Shown: one piece after another, positions 40,044 through 50,962 of the stretch
How the letters are laid out: each line of letters starts with the position of its first letter
Numbering within the stretch: the stretch's first letter is position 1
Assembly (NCBI GenBank): GCA_902604975.1
Contig: CACLAY010000003.1
Span: 6,008-70,007, forward strand
DNA: 64,000 nucleotides
DNA from: an uncultured Pelagibacteraceae bacterium
GTDB taxonomy: Bacteria > Pseudomonadota > Alphaproteobacteria > Pelagibacterales > Pelagibacteraceae
Direction: 5' to 3'
Notes under the pieces: generated by a model
What the model was told of the DNA's origin: nothing
Database searches by the model: none
What the model saw: only the letters and a program-made list of their open reading frames with translations
Position numbers and translations under genes: made by a program

Positions 40044-40976
40044 TTATTTAAATAGATCTGAAACAGATGTTGAATTAGAAATCCTTTTAATAGCTTCAGC
40101 TAACAATATCGATATTGATAATACTTCAATATTTCTCACTTTTTTTAATTTGTCTGAACTGTCTATACTATCTGTAATAACTAAATTTTTAATTTTTGAA
40201 TTCTTTATCTTTTTAACTGCATCACCGCTAAAAACACCATGAGTTGCATATACATGAACTTCTTTTGCACCTCTTTTTAATAAAGCATCAGCCGCATTAA
40301 CAATTGTTCCTCCAGAATCAATTATATCATCAGTTAAAATACAAATTTTATTTTTAACATTTCCAATGACATTCATAACTTGTGACTTTCCAGGACTAGG
40401 TCTTCTTTTGTCAACTATTGCTAAACCAACGTCTAATTTTTTTCCTAATGCTCTTGCTCTTTCAACTCCTCCAACATCAGGAGCAACACATACTATATTA
40501 TTACTTTTAATTTTCTTTTTAATATGCTTTGCAAAGATTGGGGTAGCAAAAAGGTTATCAACTGGGATATCAAAAAAACCTTGAATTTGTCCTGCGTGCA
40601 AATCTACTGTAACCACTCTGTCAGCTCCTGCATTTGTAATTAAGTTTGAGACTAATTTTGCAGAAATAGAAGTTCTTGGTACAACCTTACGATCTTGTCT
40701 GGCATAACCAAAATAAGGAATTACAGTAGTGATATTTTTGGCAGATGATCTTTTAAGTGCATCTATACAAAGAAGCAACTCCATTAAATTATCATTTGCC
40801 GGTGAGGACACTGATTGAATTATAAAAATACTGTTACCTCTTATATTTTCATTAATTTCAATATATATCTCACCGTCAGCAAATTTTCTAATACTGGTAT
40901 TTACTAATTTATTTTTTAGATTTTTTGAAATTTTATTACTTAGCTGTTTATTGCTATTTCCAGTGAGAATCTTCAT
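40044..40976 (-). CDS. prs: Ribose-phosphate pyrophosphokinase
   Basis: FADGE, YFGYARQDRK, DLH, DDIIDSGGT. Confidence 0.97.
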   Translation of the reverse strand: MKILTGNSNKQLSNKISKNLKNKLVNTSIRKFADGEIYIEINENIRGNSIFIIQSVSSPANDNLMELLLCIDALKRSSAKNITTVIPYFGYARQDRKVVPRTSISAKLVSNLITNAGADRVVTVDLHAGQIQGFFDIPVDNLFATPIFAKHIKKKIKSNNIVCVAPDVGGVERARALGKKLDVGLAIVDKRRPSPGKSQVMNVIGNVKNKICILTDDIIDSGGTIVNAADALLKRGAKEVHVYATHGVFSGDAVKKIKNSKIKNLVITDSIDSSDKLKKVRNIEVLSISILLAEAIKRISNSTSVSDLFK

Positions 40977-40989
40977 TTTTGAGAATAAC

Positions 40990-41742
40990 TTATTTAATCA
41001 TAATTACAGAAATATTTCTACCATAATCATTTATTTTGTTTCTAATTGATCTTCTAGCACTGAAAAAGTTGTTACCTAATAAATATGTATCTTTTTTGAT
41101 GATTTCAATGTTTTTAACCCCAAATTTTATAAGTTGATCTTTAATATAATCACTTAAACTGAAATAAATTTTATTTTGTTTGATTTTAAAAAATTTTTTA
41201 TTAGACCTTTTTTGATTAATAAATTTATCCAAGAAATCATTTCTTACTTCATAGTTTTCTTTTCCTATGCAAGGTCCAATTACAACAATTAAGTCTTTAA
41301 AATTACTACCACTTGACTTAAACTTTCTTAATGTAGTAGATATTATTTTTTTGTATGCTCCTTTCCATCCTGCATGTAGCGCACCAATCAAATTGTTAAC
41401 TGGGTCATACATCAAAATAGGAGCACAATCAGCCGTTAAAATTCCTAAAGCAATACCTTTTTTATTTGTTATTATAGAGTCGCCTTTTAATTTTTTTTTT
41501 GGAATTTCCAATATTTTATAGACTTTATTGCTGTGAATTTGATCTAACAATAAAAGATTTTTTCTATTACAGCCGAATTTTTGGCAAACTTTTTCTATAT
41601 TTTTTCTTACATCTTTAATTTTATCATCAGATCCTAGACCACAATTTAAACCTTTATAAATACCTTTTGATACACCTCCCAGTCGATTAAAAAAACCATG
41701 TCTTATATTTTTGAATTTAGAAAGTTTTTTAGATTTAAACAT
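40990..41742 (-). CDS. pgeF: PgeF/YfiH purine nucleoside phosphorylase-like protein
   Basis: QIHS, LTADCAP, HAGWKG, GPCI, FFSARR. Confidence 0.93.
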   Translation of the reverse strand: MFKSKKLSKFKNIRHGFFNRLGGVSKGIYKGLNCGLGSDDKIKDVRKNIEKVCQKFGCNRKNLLLLDQIHSNKVYKILEIPKKKLKGDSIITNKKGIALGILTADCAPILMYDPVNNLIGALHAGWKGAYKKIISTTLRKFKSSGSNFKDLIVVIGPCIGKENYEVRNDFLDKFINQKRSNKKFFKIKQNKIYFSLSDYIKDQLIKFGVKNIEIIKKDTYLLGNNFFSARRSIRNKINDYGRNISVIMIK

Positions 41743-42824
41743 TATTCAAAACCAAAAAAATTATTTTTCTTATTTTTATATCCAAAAATTACCTTAAAAA
41801 GACTGCCCATTTGTTTTTCGTCAAGTAGCCTAGACAAAGTTTCTCTCATATATATTTTTTCTGCATTAGTCTTTTTTTTTTCTAAAATCTGTGCTCTTTC
41901 AATTATACCCATTCTTTCTAAAAAAAACCTTTGAGTAACTATTTTTTTAACTTTAAGATTATTTTTAAGGAAATACTCTTTCAATAAATTGAAATTTACC
42001 AGTGAAGTAATATCTGTTTTACCAAGATTTTTTAACATTTTTTCAGTTGAAATTTTTTTATTATCCATCACGGCCTGAATGGTATTTAAGTTATTTCCAT
42101 TCAAATAACCATAATCTATAAGTAAAATACCACCAGAAAGTTTATTGATTTTCTTTATTATTGGATTTAATTCCAAAAATCCTTTTTTAGGAAATTCAAT
42201 AAATTTCAGTTTTTTTAATGTCTCAAATGTCTTTATTTGAGCCACATCTTTCTTTTTACCTCTTATAAACTTTTCAATAACATCAGTTTTGTTTTTCACA
42301 GAGTAACATTTTTCAGACAATTCATTGTTTACATTAGAAAATTGTTTAATTGGGATTGCATCAAAAAATTCGTTACCAAAAAAAATAACTGGTCCTTTTT
42401 TTATTGACTTAAAGTTTTTGATCCACTTAATATTTTTATTATTTATATTTTGTTTTTGTAATCTTTTTAAAAATACACTTTTCTCATATAAGTAAATTTT
42501 TATAGCTTTATTTAATTCAGGAAATTTCTTTAGAGTATTAATTATAACTTTAGTTAAGCTTCCATCTCCTGGTCCAAGTTCTACAAAATTAAATATTTTA
42601 GGTTTACCCATTTTTTCCCAGACAGAAACCAACCATATGCCTACAATCTCTGAGAATAAGTTTGATACAGTGGGGGATGTTATAAAATCTCCATTTTTAC
42701 CAAATGGATTTTTGCTTGAGTAATAACCTATCTCAGGTTCATAAAGAATTTTTTCAATAAAATCGTCCACAGGCAAAGGTTTTTTTAAAGTAATATTAAA
42801 TTTTTTGAGAGCTGGCTTCATCAT
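41742..42824 (-). CDS. NDUFAF7/MidA SAM-dependent methyltransferase
   Basis: GYY, GDFITSP, VELGPGDG, NEFFDAIP, IDYG, DITSLVNF. Confidence 0.92.
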   Translation of the reverse strand: MMKPALKKFNITLKKPLPVDDFIEKILYEPEIGYYSSKNPFGKNGDFITSPTVSNLFSEIVGIWLVSVWEKMGKPKIFNFVELGPGDGSLTKVIINTLKKFPELNKAIKIYLYEKSVFLKRLQKQNINNKNIKWIKNFKSIKKGPVIFFGNEFFDAIPIKQFSNVNNELSEKCYSVKNKTDVIEKFIRGKKKDVAQIKTFETLKKLKFIEFPKKGFLELNPIIKKINKLSGGILLIDYGYLNGNNLNTIQAVMDNKKISTEKMLKNLGKTDITSLVNFNLLKEYFLKNNLKVKKIVTQRFFLERMGIIERAQILEKKKTNAEKIYMRETLSRLLDEKQMGSLFKVIFGYKNKKNNFFGFE

Positions 42825-43581
42825 TTCTTTTAAAATAAATTAAAAACCCAATTAAAATCATTATGATGCTTAAAAGCATACCCATACTGACATGTCCAAA
42901 TAAATATCCAATTTGTATATCTGGCTCTCTAAAAATTTCAGAAGTAATTCTAAAACATCCATAAAGTATTAAGAACATGAATGAACAGGTTCCAATTTTA
43001 TAATTTTTATTAAAAAAAATTAAATTCATTAAAATAAATAAAATAAAACCCTCTAAAAAAGCTTCATATAATTGAGAAGGGTGTCTCAATTTATCATCGT
43101 AGTTTGGAAAAAAAACTCCCCAACTAGAATTTGTAACTTTTCCAACCAATTCTCCATTTATAAAGTTCGAAATCCTACCAAATAAAATTCCTATTGGCGC
43201 TGTTATAGATACTAAATCTAAAAAAATAAAAATATCTTTCTTATTTTTTTTTGAAAAAAAATAACTAGCAATAATTATACCAATTAAGCCACCATGAAAT
43301 GACATGCCACCGTTCCATATCATAAAAATTTCAATTGGATTATTCAGAAAATATTGAAAATTGTAAAAAATTACATATCCTAACCTTCCCCCTAAAATAA
43401 TTCCTATTATCAAAAATGAGATATAATCTTCAAATAATTTTAGAATTTTATCATCTTTAATAAGTACTTTTTTACAATATAGCCAACCTAATATAATCCC
43501 GAAGATATATGATAGAGAATACCACCTTACACTAAAAGAGAATATTTCAAAAGCTATTGGGTCAAAATTATTAGTAAACAT
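42796..43581 (-). CDS. lgt: Prolipoprotein diacylglyceryl transferase
   Basis: RWY, GGRLGY, GGMSFHGG, GRISNFINGE, RHPSQLYE. Confidence 0.97.
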   Translation of the reverse strand: MFTNNFDPIAFEIFSFSVRWYSLSYIFGIILGWLYCKKVLIKDDKILKLFEDYISFLIIGIILGGRLGYVIFYNFQYFLNNPIEIFMIWNGGMSFHGGLIGIIIASYFFSKKNKKDIFIFLDLVSITAPIGILFGRISNFINGELVGKVTNSSWGVFFPNYDDKLRHPSQLYEAFLEGFILFILMNLIFFNKNYKIGTCSFMFLILYGCFRITSEIFREPDIQIGYLFGHVSMGMLLSIIMILIGFLIYFKRNDEASSQKI

Positions 43582-43631
43582 TTGTAAAATTTATTATAAG
43601 CTATTAAATATAATTCTAGTAAATAATTATT

Positions 43632-43874
43632 ATGTCAAAATCAAGATTCGTATTCGATAAATTTGCAAAACTAATTGAACAAGGTCTTATTAATTACAAA
43701 GATCTATCTGATGAAATAATATCAATACTAAAATCAAAGAGAGATGAAATTGTATTTAAAATGAAACTAGCCAGTAAAGAAGAAGTAGATATTTTGAATA
43801 AGAGAATTAACAAACTCGAAGAAAAACTTGAAGAAAAGAAAAGAAGAAAAAAAACTAGTAAGGCAAAGAAATAG
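43632..43874 (+). CDS. UbiK/BMFP-like coiled-coil accessory factor
   Basis: L.SKEE.D motif and C-terminal coiled coil; divergent from lgt as in other alphaproteobacteria. Confidence 0.6.
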   Translation: MSKSRFVFDKFAKLIEQGLINYKDLSDEIISILKSKRDEIVFKMKLASKEEVDILNKRINKLEEKLEEKKRRKKTSKAKK

Positions 43875-45171
43875 TCACCTTCAACCCACCCAATTTTGAT
43901 TTACTAAATTTTATATCTCCTCCATGAGATTTTATAATATCAGATGATATTGACAAACCTAAACCAACGCTGGATTTAGATTCAGATCTACTTTTATCTA
44001 TTTTATAGAATGGTTTGATAATATTTTGAAACTCTGATTTGTCTACCCCAGGACCGTCATCATCTATTGATAAAATAATTATTGAGTTTTTTTTTTCTAA
44101 ATTTACTGATATTTTTTCTGCATATCTAACAGAATTATCTATTAAATTATTTATGCACCTTGTAATTAAATTTCTTCTTCCATTAAAATAGATTTTTTTC
44201 TGAATTTTTTTTTCAATATTATTATTTTCATATCTTGAAATTATATCATCTATTAGTTCTGAAATATTAAATGTTTCAGTTTTATCTTTTGCACCTGTGC
44301 TAGTAAATTGAAGGTATTCATTCAGCATTTTTTCCATTTCATCAACATCCTCTGAGATTTTTTTTGACAAATTTTTATCTTTTATAACAGCTAACTGTAG
44401 TTTTATTCTAGTTAGAGGTGTTCTTAAATCATGACTAATACCAGATAACATTTCAGATCTTTGATTTAGATGTCTTTGAATTCTTTTTCTCATTTTCTCA
44501 AATTCAAGACCTGCTTTTCTTATTTCTAAGGCTCCAGACGGTCTAAACTCCTCAATATCTTCGCCTCTACCAAATTTTTCAGATGCTTGTGCAAGCTTGG
44601 TAATAGGTCTTGTTTGATTTTTTAAGAAAATCATTGCTACTGCTATCATCAAAATTGCTGGAACTGTTATCCAAAACGCAAATATCCTAATAGATGATGC
44701 TTGAATTCTTTCTTTAGGAAAAAATATTTGCAAGACCCCATCTCTAAATTTTATTCTTAAATCTACAACTTCTTTATATGATATAGTATTAAACCAATGC
44801 TCACCAATTTTAGGTTTCAATTCTCTTCTTAACGTCCTATCCATTGGACTGAACCACCTTTCAACTTTTATATCTGGTAGTTTTTCATTATCTAGAAATC
44901 TAACGGAAAAGCTAAAATTTTTATTATAGAGGTCTGTGACTATTTTTTTATTATATTCACTCTCATTGTCATAAATATCAATAATAGTAACTATTTCGCT
45001 TACCAAAGCTTTTGTTAAGCCTTTATTTGTCTTAATCCATAAACTGTCAAAAAAAACTAAAGATATAGTGATTTGTAATATCACTATTGGCACTGCTACG
45101 ATTAATAAACCTCTGTAAAATAATCTTTTAGGTAAAATGTTTTTTAGAAATTTATTCAATCCAAAGGACAT
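43855..45171 (-). CDS. envZ: EnvZ-like sensor histidine kinase
   Basis: Two TM helices, HAMP, SHDLRTPLTR, NLIDN, DDDGPG, GLGLSI; likely ATG at 45171. Confidence 0.9.
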   Translation of the reverse strand: MSFGLNKFLKNILPKRLFYRGLLIVAVPIVILQITISLVFFDSLWIKTNKGLTKALVSEIVTIIDIYDNESEYNKKIVTDLYNKNFSFSVRFLDNEKLPDIKVERWFSPMDRTLRRELKPKIGEHWFNTISYKEVVDLRIKFRDGVLQIFFPKERIQASSIRIFAFWITVPAILMIAVAMIFLKNQTRPITKLAQASEKFGRGEDIEEFRPSGALEIRKAGLEFEKMRKRIQRHLNQRSEMLSGISHDLRTPLTRIKLQLAVIKDKNLSKKISEDVDEMEKMLNEYLQFTSTGAKDKTETFNISELIDDIISRYENNNIEKKIQKKIYFNGRRNLITRCINNLIDNSVRYAEKISVNLEKKNSIIILSIDDDGPGVDKSEFQNIIKPFYKIDKSRSESKSSVGLGLSISSDIIKSHGGDIKFSKSKLGGLKVTISLPY

Positions 45172-45829
45172 ATCCCTCTCCTCTAATTGTTTGCAAGTAC
45201 TTAGGGCTTTTTGGAGTTTCTTCAATTTTCTTTCTTAGTCTGGTAACTATGACGTCAATCGATCTTTCTTTATCTAAATCTATTAAACTCGCAATCTCTT
45301 CTCTTTTAAAAATTTTACCTGGTGAGTTTAACATTTTTTCTAAAATTAGTTTTTCAGTACTATTTATTTTTAGTCTTTGGTCATCTTTAAAGATAAAAAG
45401 CTTTTTTAGGTCAATTTTTATATTGCCGAATTCAATAACTCTTTTTATTTCTAATGATTTAGTTTTATTTAAAATATTATTTATTCTTAAAATTAATTCT
45501 TTTGGTTCAAAAGGCTTTGTTAAATAATCGTCTGCACCTACTTCAAGTCCTTCAATTCTTTCAGATGGTTCTCCCTTGGCTGTTAATAATAATATTGGTG
45601 TATCAATTTTTTTTTTATAATCTTGAGTAAATTCTAGCCCAGTTTTTCCTGGCATCATTATATCTAGCACTATTAAGTCAAATTTAATGACTTTAGTCTT
45701 TTCAAAAGCATCATTTGAGTCCTTAGCGGTTGAAACAAGATAATTATTTTGATTTAAATACTCCTTTACTAGATCTCTAATTCTATCATCATCATCTACA
45801 ATTAATATATGCGCTTTAAAGTTTTTCAT
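45152..45829 (-). CDS. ompR: OmpR-family response regulator (PetR-like)
   Basis: VDDD, LDIMMP, GADDYLTKPF, winged helix RSIDV..RLR..TIRGEGY. Confidence 0.9.
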   Translation of the reverse strand: MKNFKAHILIVDDDDRIRDLVKEYLNQNNYLVSTAKDSNDAFEKTKVIKFDLIVLDIMMPGKTGLEFTQDYKKKIDTPILLLTAKGEPSERIEGLEVGADDYLTKPFEPKELILRINNILNKTKSLEIKRVIEFGNIKIDLKKLFIFKDDQRLKINSTEKLILEKMLNSPGKIFKREEIASLIDLDKERSIDVIVTRLRKKIEETPKSPKYLQTIRGEGYVLWIE

Positions 45830-46259
45830 TAATAATTTTTTTAAGTACTTTATCAAAACTTATAACGTCGTTAGATTCAGAACTTAAAAATGCATCATAA
45901 ATTCTCTTTTTTTGAGCAGAAAAAATTTCATCAAATATTTTTTCCCCTTCTTCTGTTAAGTATACATGTTTAACTCTTGTATCTATTTCGTCTCTTTTAA
46001 ATTCTATAGCTTTAATCTCTACTAAATCTTTTAAAACTCTATTTAAACTTTGCTTAGTTACTTTAAGTTTTCTTAATAAACTTGAAATAGTTATGCCTTC
46101 ATATAATGATATAAGGTGAATTACTTTGTTATGGGCAGTTCCTAAAGCATGTTTATCTAAAACCTTTTTAGCATCAGCGACAGTTTCTCTATATCCATTG
46201 AATATTTTTTCTATATATTCTTTTAATTGATGATCTTTTAGATATAAAAGTTTTTTCAT
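45816..46259 (-). CDS. MarR family transcriptional regulator (PetP-like)
   Basis: VTKQSLNRVLK helix, DTRVKHVYLT wing. Confidence 0.9.
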   Translation of the reverse strand: MKKLLYLKDHQLKEYIEKIFNGYRETVADAKKVLDKHALGTAHNKVIHLISLYEGITISSLLRKLKVTKQSLNRVLKDLVEIKAIEFKRDEIDTRVKHVYLTEEGEKIFDEIFSAQKKRIYDAFLSSESNDVISFDKVLKKIINEKL

Positions 46260-46273
46260 AATGGTAAGTTATA

Positions 46274-46302
46274 TTGACATATTATATATACAAAGATATT
46301 TT
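46274..46302 (+). promoter_or_regulatory. Putative sigma70 promoter of ilvE (TTGACA-N17-TATTTT)
   Basis: Perfect -35 at 46274-46279 with 17-bp spacing, in the marR/ilvE divergent gap. Confidence 0.45.
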
Positions 46303-46320
46303 TTCTAAAAAATAAATCAA

Positions 46321-47202
46321 ATGATACCATACGATAAAAGAGACGGGAAAATCTGGTACAATGGTGAGCTTGTCGAGTGGCAAGATGCAAAATTTCATGT
46401 CATAAGTCATGGTCTTCATTATGCAAGTTTAGTTTTTGAGGGACTAAGAGTTTATGAGGGAGAAATTTTTAAATTAGAGGAACATACTGATAGATTATAT
46501 CATTCAGCTAAGAGGATGGATTTAACTATTCCTTATACCAAAGAAGAAATTAATAAAGCTTGTAATCAAATAATAAAAATTCAAAATGTACAGAATGGTT
46601 ATGTAAGGCCTTTTGCTTGGAGAGGAAGCGAAATGATGGGTGTATCTGCTCAAAAAACTAAAATAAATGTAGCTGTTGCCACGTGGGAGTGGGGTGATTA
46701 TTTCGATCCTAAGTTGAAAATTGAAGGCATTAAGTTAAACATCTCAAATTGGAGAAGACCAGCTCCAAATACAATACCTTGGGACAGTAAAGCTGCAGGA
46801 TTGTATATGATTTGTACACTTTCAAAGCACGAAGCTGAAAGACAAGGATTTAGTGAGTCTTTAATGCTAGATCATGAAGAAAATGTTGCAGAGTCAACAA
46901 GCGCTAATATTTTTTTTAAAGATAAAAATGGAGAACTTCATACACCTATTCCAGATTCCTTTCTAAATGGTATTACACGACAAACAGTAATTGAACTTGC
47001 CAAATCAAAAAATATAAAAGTTCATGAAAGAAAAATTAAACCAGATGAGTTGCCAAACTTTGAGGGATGTTTTTTAACTGGAACAGCTGCTGAGATAACC
47101 CCAATATCTCAAATTGCTGAGAATAATTATAAAGTTTGTGATCTAATTTTAGATTTATCAGCAAGCTATGGTAAATTAGTGAGAAAAAAAAGAGCTGCTT
47201 AA
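46321..47202 (+). CDS. ilvE: Branched-chain amino acid aminotransferase
   Basis: HGLHYAS.VFEG, KAAGLY, ESTSAN, LNGITR, GTAAE. Confidence 0.95.
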   Translation: MIPYDKRDGKIWYNGELVEWQDAKFHVISHGLHYASLVFEGLRVYEGEIFKLEEHTDRLYHSAKRMDLTIPYTKEEINKACNQIIKIQNVQNGYVRPFAWRGSEMMGVSAQKTKINVAVATWEWGDYFDPKLKIEGIKLNISNWRRPAPNTIPWDSKAAGLYMICTLSKHEAERQGFSESLMLDHEENVAESTSANIFFKDKNGELHTPIPDSFLNGITRQTVIELAKSKNIKVHERKIKPDELPNFEGCFLTGTAAEITPISQIAENNYKVCDLILDLSASYGKLVRKKRAA

Positions 47203-47777
47203 TCTTTATTGTCCTCAGATATCGCGTGGTCTATACCTTTTCTTAAATATTCATATCCAGTATATAAAGTAAGAAAAGCAGAAAGCCATAATAAAATTAT
47301 TCCAATTGTTTGAGCATTATAGTCTTGGAAATTTATAATTTTATTTCCAGTTTCTCCAGTGAGCAAAACAGCAATACAAAACATTTGAAGAAAGGTTTTT
47401 ACTTTTGCTAGACTTGAAACTGGAAGTTTGACACTTCCTTTAGCTAAAAATTCTCTTAAACCAGAAATTAATACCTCTCTAGTAAGTATTATTATTGCAG
47501 CAATAACCTCAAAGTTTTTAATAGTTCCATCCATAACAAGTAATATTAGTGCTGTAGCTACTATAATTTTGTCAGCAATTGGGTCTAATAATTCACCGAG
47601 CTTAGATTCCTCCTTAAACATTCTTGCTAATAATCCATCTAAGAAGTCAGTAAATGAGGCAATTACAAATAGTGCAAAAGGAATTACATCTCCATAAAAC
47701 CCTGGCAAATAAAATGCGAAAACAAATATAGGAACAATTATAATTCTACCAATAGTTAGATAATTTGGAATTTTCAT
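47199..47777 (-). CDS. pgsA: CDP-diacylglycerol--glycerol-3-phosphate 3-phosphatidyltransferase
   Basis: PNYLT, TDFLDGLLAR, GELLDPIADK. Confidence 0.96.
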   Translation of the reverse strand: MKIPNYLTIGRIIIVPIFVFAFYLPGFYGDVIPFALFVIASFTDFLDGLLARMFKEESKLGELLDPIADKIIVATALILLVMDGTIKNFEVIAAIIILTREVLISGLREFLAKGSVKLPVSSLAKVKTFLQMFCIAVLLTGETGNKIINFQDYNAQTIGIILLWLSAFLTLYTGYEYLRKGIDHAISEDNKD

Positions 47778-47780
47778 ATA

Positions 47781-49616
47781 TTACTCGTGGAAGTAATTAT
47801 ATATCTTTTTTGCAACTTTTTCTTCAACTCCTTCGACTGTTTTTATCTCATCTAAGCTAGCGGATTCAACTGCTCTGGCTGAGCCAAAGTGATTTAAAAG
47901 TGCTCTTTTTCTGATAGATCCAATTCCATCAATTTGATCAAGTAAAGATTTACTAATACCTTTTTTTCTCTTTGCTCTATGTGCACTTATTGCAAATCTA
48001 TGAGACTCGTCTCTTAATCTTTGTAAGAAAAAGAGGGTAGGGTCATTTTTTTCAAACTTAAATTCTTTACCATTATGAAAAAAGGTTTCATTACCACTAT
48101 TCCTAAATTTACCTTTTGCGATTGCTATCATAGGGATATCATGTAGTCCTAATTCGTTAAGTGTTTCTCTTGCAACAGAATATTGTCCCTTTCCTCCATC
48201 AACAATTACTAAGTCTGGCATAGTTAAATAATTATCCTTCTCTTGCACAGCTTTTTTAAACCTCCTATTTAAAACTTCACGCATCATTCCATAATCATCC
48301 TGCTCATTTTTTTTAATCTTAATATTAAATTTTCTATATCTTTTTTTAATAAAACCTTCCTCACCATATGTTATTAGTGCGCCCACACTATTAGTCCCTT
48401 GAATATGACTATTGTCATAAACTTCGACTAAATTAATATTATTTTCTAAATCAAATTTTTTAGATACGTTTTCAAATAGCTCTTTATTATTTTGGCTCTC
48501 ATAAATTTTCCTATTTAAACTATCTTTTGCATTTTTAAGTGCTTGATTTACAACTTTAAGTTTAGATCCTTTTTTCGCTACTGAAATATTTATTTCTTTA
48601 TTTTCTTTTTTTGAAAGTGTTTTTTCAATTAAAACTTTTTCTTTAATATCTTCACTTAAAATAATAGAGCTCGGTACACTTTTGTTTTCATAGAATTGAG
48701 AAACAAAGGAGTTAAGAATTTCTTTTATGTTATCATTTGGATCATGTTTAGGAAAAAAAGCTTGATTACCCCAGTTTTGTTTTGATCTATAGAAAAAAAC
48801 TTGAATACAAGTTTTTCCAGACTCTTTGTAGCCAGCTATTACATCTGCTTCTACTAAATTTGCCTCATTTATTCTTTGAGACGATTGAATAATATTTAAA
48901 GATTTTATTCTATCTCTTAATATTGCAGCTTTTTCAAAATCTAAATCTTCACTAGCCTTTTCCATTTGGTTTGATAAATTTTTTTGAATTTTTCTTGATT
49001 TCCCTGATACGAATTCAATAGCGTTGTCTACAGACAGCTTATATTCATCCTCTTCTATATATCCAACACATGGCCCAGAACATCGCTTAATTTGATAAAG
49101 GATACATGGTCTTTCTCTTTTTTTAAAAACTGTATCATCACAAACCCTAAGCTGAAAAATTTTTTGGATCATTTTGATGGTCCAGTTTGCGGATCCTGCC
49201 GAAGCAAATGGTCCAAAATAAAAACCCTCTTTAGTTTTTTTCCCTCTGTGTCTTTTAATTTGAGGCCATTTATCTTGATTACCGATAAAAATAAATGGAA
49301 ATGATTTATCATCTCTAAGTAGAATATTAAACCTAGGTTTATACTTTTTAATTAAGTTTGCTTCTAAAAGTAGCGCCTCACTTTCATTTGAGGTGCTAGT
49401 AATCTCAATTTTGGTTGTTTGAGATAACATTCTCTCAGTCCTGATAATATGATTTTTCTCTGATACATAACTTTTTAACCTATTTGGCAAGTTTTTTGCC
49501 TTACCAACATAAAGTATCTCGTTTTTAGAATTTAACATTCTATACACTCCAGGAAGTTTGGGTATAAGTGGTAACTCTTTTTTTATTGCTTCTTTACCAA
49601 TATCAGAGCTTACCAT
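47781..49616 (-). CDS. uvrC: Excinuclease ABC subunit C
   Basis: [24 protein letters not shown], HhH; likely ATG at 49616. Confidence 0.97.
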   Translation of the reverse strand: MVSSDIGKEAIKKELPLIPKLPGVYRMLNSKNEILYVGKAKNLPNRLKSYVSEKNHIIRTERMLSQTTKIEITSTSNESEALLLEANLIKKYKPRFNILLRDDKSFPFIFIGNQDKWPQIKRHRGKKTKEGFYFGPFASAGSANWTIKMIQKIFQLRVCDDTVFKKRERPCILYQIKRCSGPCVGYIEEDEYKLSVDNAIEFVSGKSRKIQKNLSNQMEKASEDLDFEKAAILRDRIKSLNIIQSSQRINEANLVEADVIAGYKESGKTCIQVFFYRSKQNWGNQAFFPKHDPNDNIKEILNSFVSQFYENKSVPSSIILSEDIKEKVLIEKTLSKKENKEINISVAKKGSKLKVVNQALKNAKDSLNRKIYESQNNKELFENVSKKFDLENNINLVEVYDNSHIQGTNSVGALITYGEEGFIKKRYRKFNIKIKKNEQDDYGMMREVLNRRFKKAVQEKDNYLTMPDLVIVDGGKGQYSVARETLNELGLHDIPMIAIAKGKFRNSGNETFFHNGKEFKFEKNDPTLFFLQRLRDESHRFAISAHRAKRKKGISKSLLDQIDGIGSIRKRALLNHFGSARAVESASLDEIKTVEGVEEKVAKKIYNYFHE

Positions 49617-50028
49617 GACTTCTTTTTTTTGAAATTTGAATACCAACGGATGAACAATCTTTCATGATTTCTAACTTCTCAATTTGAAGACTTATTTTAT
49701 CAATTCTTTTATCTTTGAATAATTCGTCGAATACATCTTCCGCTAATGTTTCAAGAAAATTATAATGTTTATTTTTAATTAGTTTTTTTATCAATTTTAC
49801 AATTTTTGCATAATTTACGATTGATTTAATATCTTTGTCGTTAGAAGGTTTTTTGTCTTCATAATTTACCTCTAAATTAAATTTTACTTTCTGGGGAGCT
49901 TTCCTTTCAAAATCAAAATACCCAAGTTTTAAGTCAAGAATAAGCTCCTTAATAAGTACCTTTTTTTCGTAATTAAATAGAGTTTTATTCTTATCTATTT
50001 TAATAATTTTAAGATTATTTTTTCTCAT
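49603..50028 (-). CDS. folB: Dihydroneopterin aldolase
   Basis: G..DFER..PQ, VNYA, FLETLAE, IEK, SVG; likely ATG at 50028. Confidence 0.85.
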   Translation of the reverse strand: MRKNNLKIIKIDKNKTLFNYEKKVLIKELILDLKLGYFDFERKAPQKVKFNLEVNYEDKKPSNDKDIKSIVNYAKIVKLIKKLIKNKHYNFLETLAEDVFDELFKDKRIDKISLQIEKLEIMKDCSSVGIQISKKRSHGKL

Positions 50029-50029
50029 A

Positions 50030-50962
50030 TTATTTAATTCTTGATGCAATATAATCTAAAATGACTGGATTATAATATTGAAAACAATCAGCCATATTCA
50101 TTACGTGTCCAGGATTTTTTTGTTTTGAAACATTTTCTTTCCAGTCATATCCTCCTACCACACATTTTTTTCCATTAACTTTATAATTCTCTGAAATAAC
50201 AATTCTTTTTACACCCGGGACTTCTTCTAACCAATCTGATAACAGTCCTTCATACTTATCTCTAGGATGAGTAAAAGCTAGAACGGGTACATTATTTGAT
50301 TTTTTAATATTATCAATCTGTCTTTGTCTTAGTTCTGCAGGACCTGGGCGCTTTTTAGCAAATTTTTTTAGTGCCTCTTCAGGACCAACTTTTTTGACTT
50401 TATATTTTTTGGAAAGTTTACCAAAACAAGCTTGCATGTATGATATACCTCCACCTACTTTATCAGGATGAGCAGCTAATAACATTAAAGTTAATAGACC
50501 ACCACAAGAGTGACCTGATATAATAATCTGTTTTCTGGGAACTCCTATATTTATAAATTTTTCAACTAATTCTAAGTTTTTTTCAATTCTTTTATCTAAT
50601 TTATGTTTACCCACATAAGGGGTTTTAGATTTCCACCAGCTTTTTTTCAATGACATGTCCCCCGCAAAGTCATTAGAGCAAAAGTTATAAACCCTAATTC
50701 TCTTACCGTTGATTTCTTCATCTACTAGTGATGCTTGATTTATTAGATCCATTGCCCAAACACATTCATTCTTTTTTGCCTTGTCATTTGTGTTTTGACC
50801 ATGATTAAAAATAATTATAATTTTATTTTTAGGGTCCTCGACAGCAAAACCTTCTTTTACTTTAGCTGATTTAGTAATAAAGCCACTTTTTAAAATTTTA
50901 GTAGCATAAACATTGGTGCATAATAGAAAGCTAATAAAGATGACACCTAAAACTTTTTTCAT
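50030..50962 (-). CDS. Exported alpha/beta hydrolase
   Basis: Signal peptide, FNHG, nucleophile elbow GHSCGG, late GH. Confidence 0.75.
   Translation of the reverse strand: MKKVLGVIFISFLLCTNVYATKILKSGFITKSAKVKEGFAVEDPKNKIIIIFNHGQNTNDKAKKNECVWAMDLINQASLVDEEINGKRIRVYNFCSNDFAGDMSLKKSWWKSKTPYVGKHKLDKRIEKNLELVEKFINIGVPRKQIIISGHSCGGLLTLMLLAAHPDKVGGGISYMQACFGKLSKKYKVKKVGPEEALKKFAKKRPGPAELRQRQIDNIKKSNNVPVLAFTHPRDKYEGLLSDWLEEVPGVKRIVISENYKVNGKKCVVGGYDWKENVSKQKNPGHVMNMADCFQYYNPVILDYIASRIK

Noticed and set aside
40990-43874. pgeF-NDUFAF7-lgt-ubiK cluster as a novel pathway
   Set aside because: This is well-known conserved alphaproteobacterial synteny.
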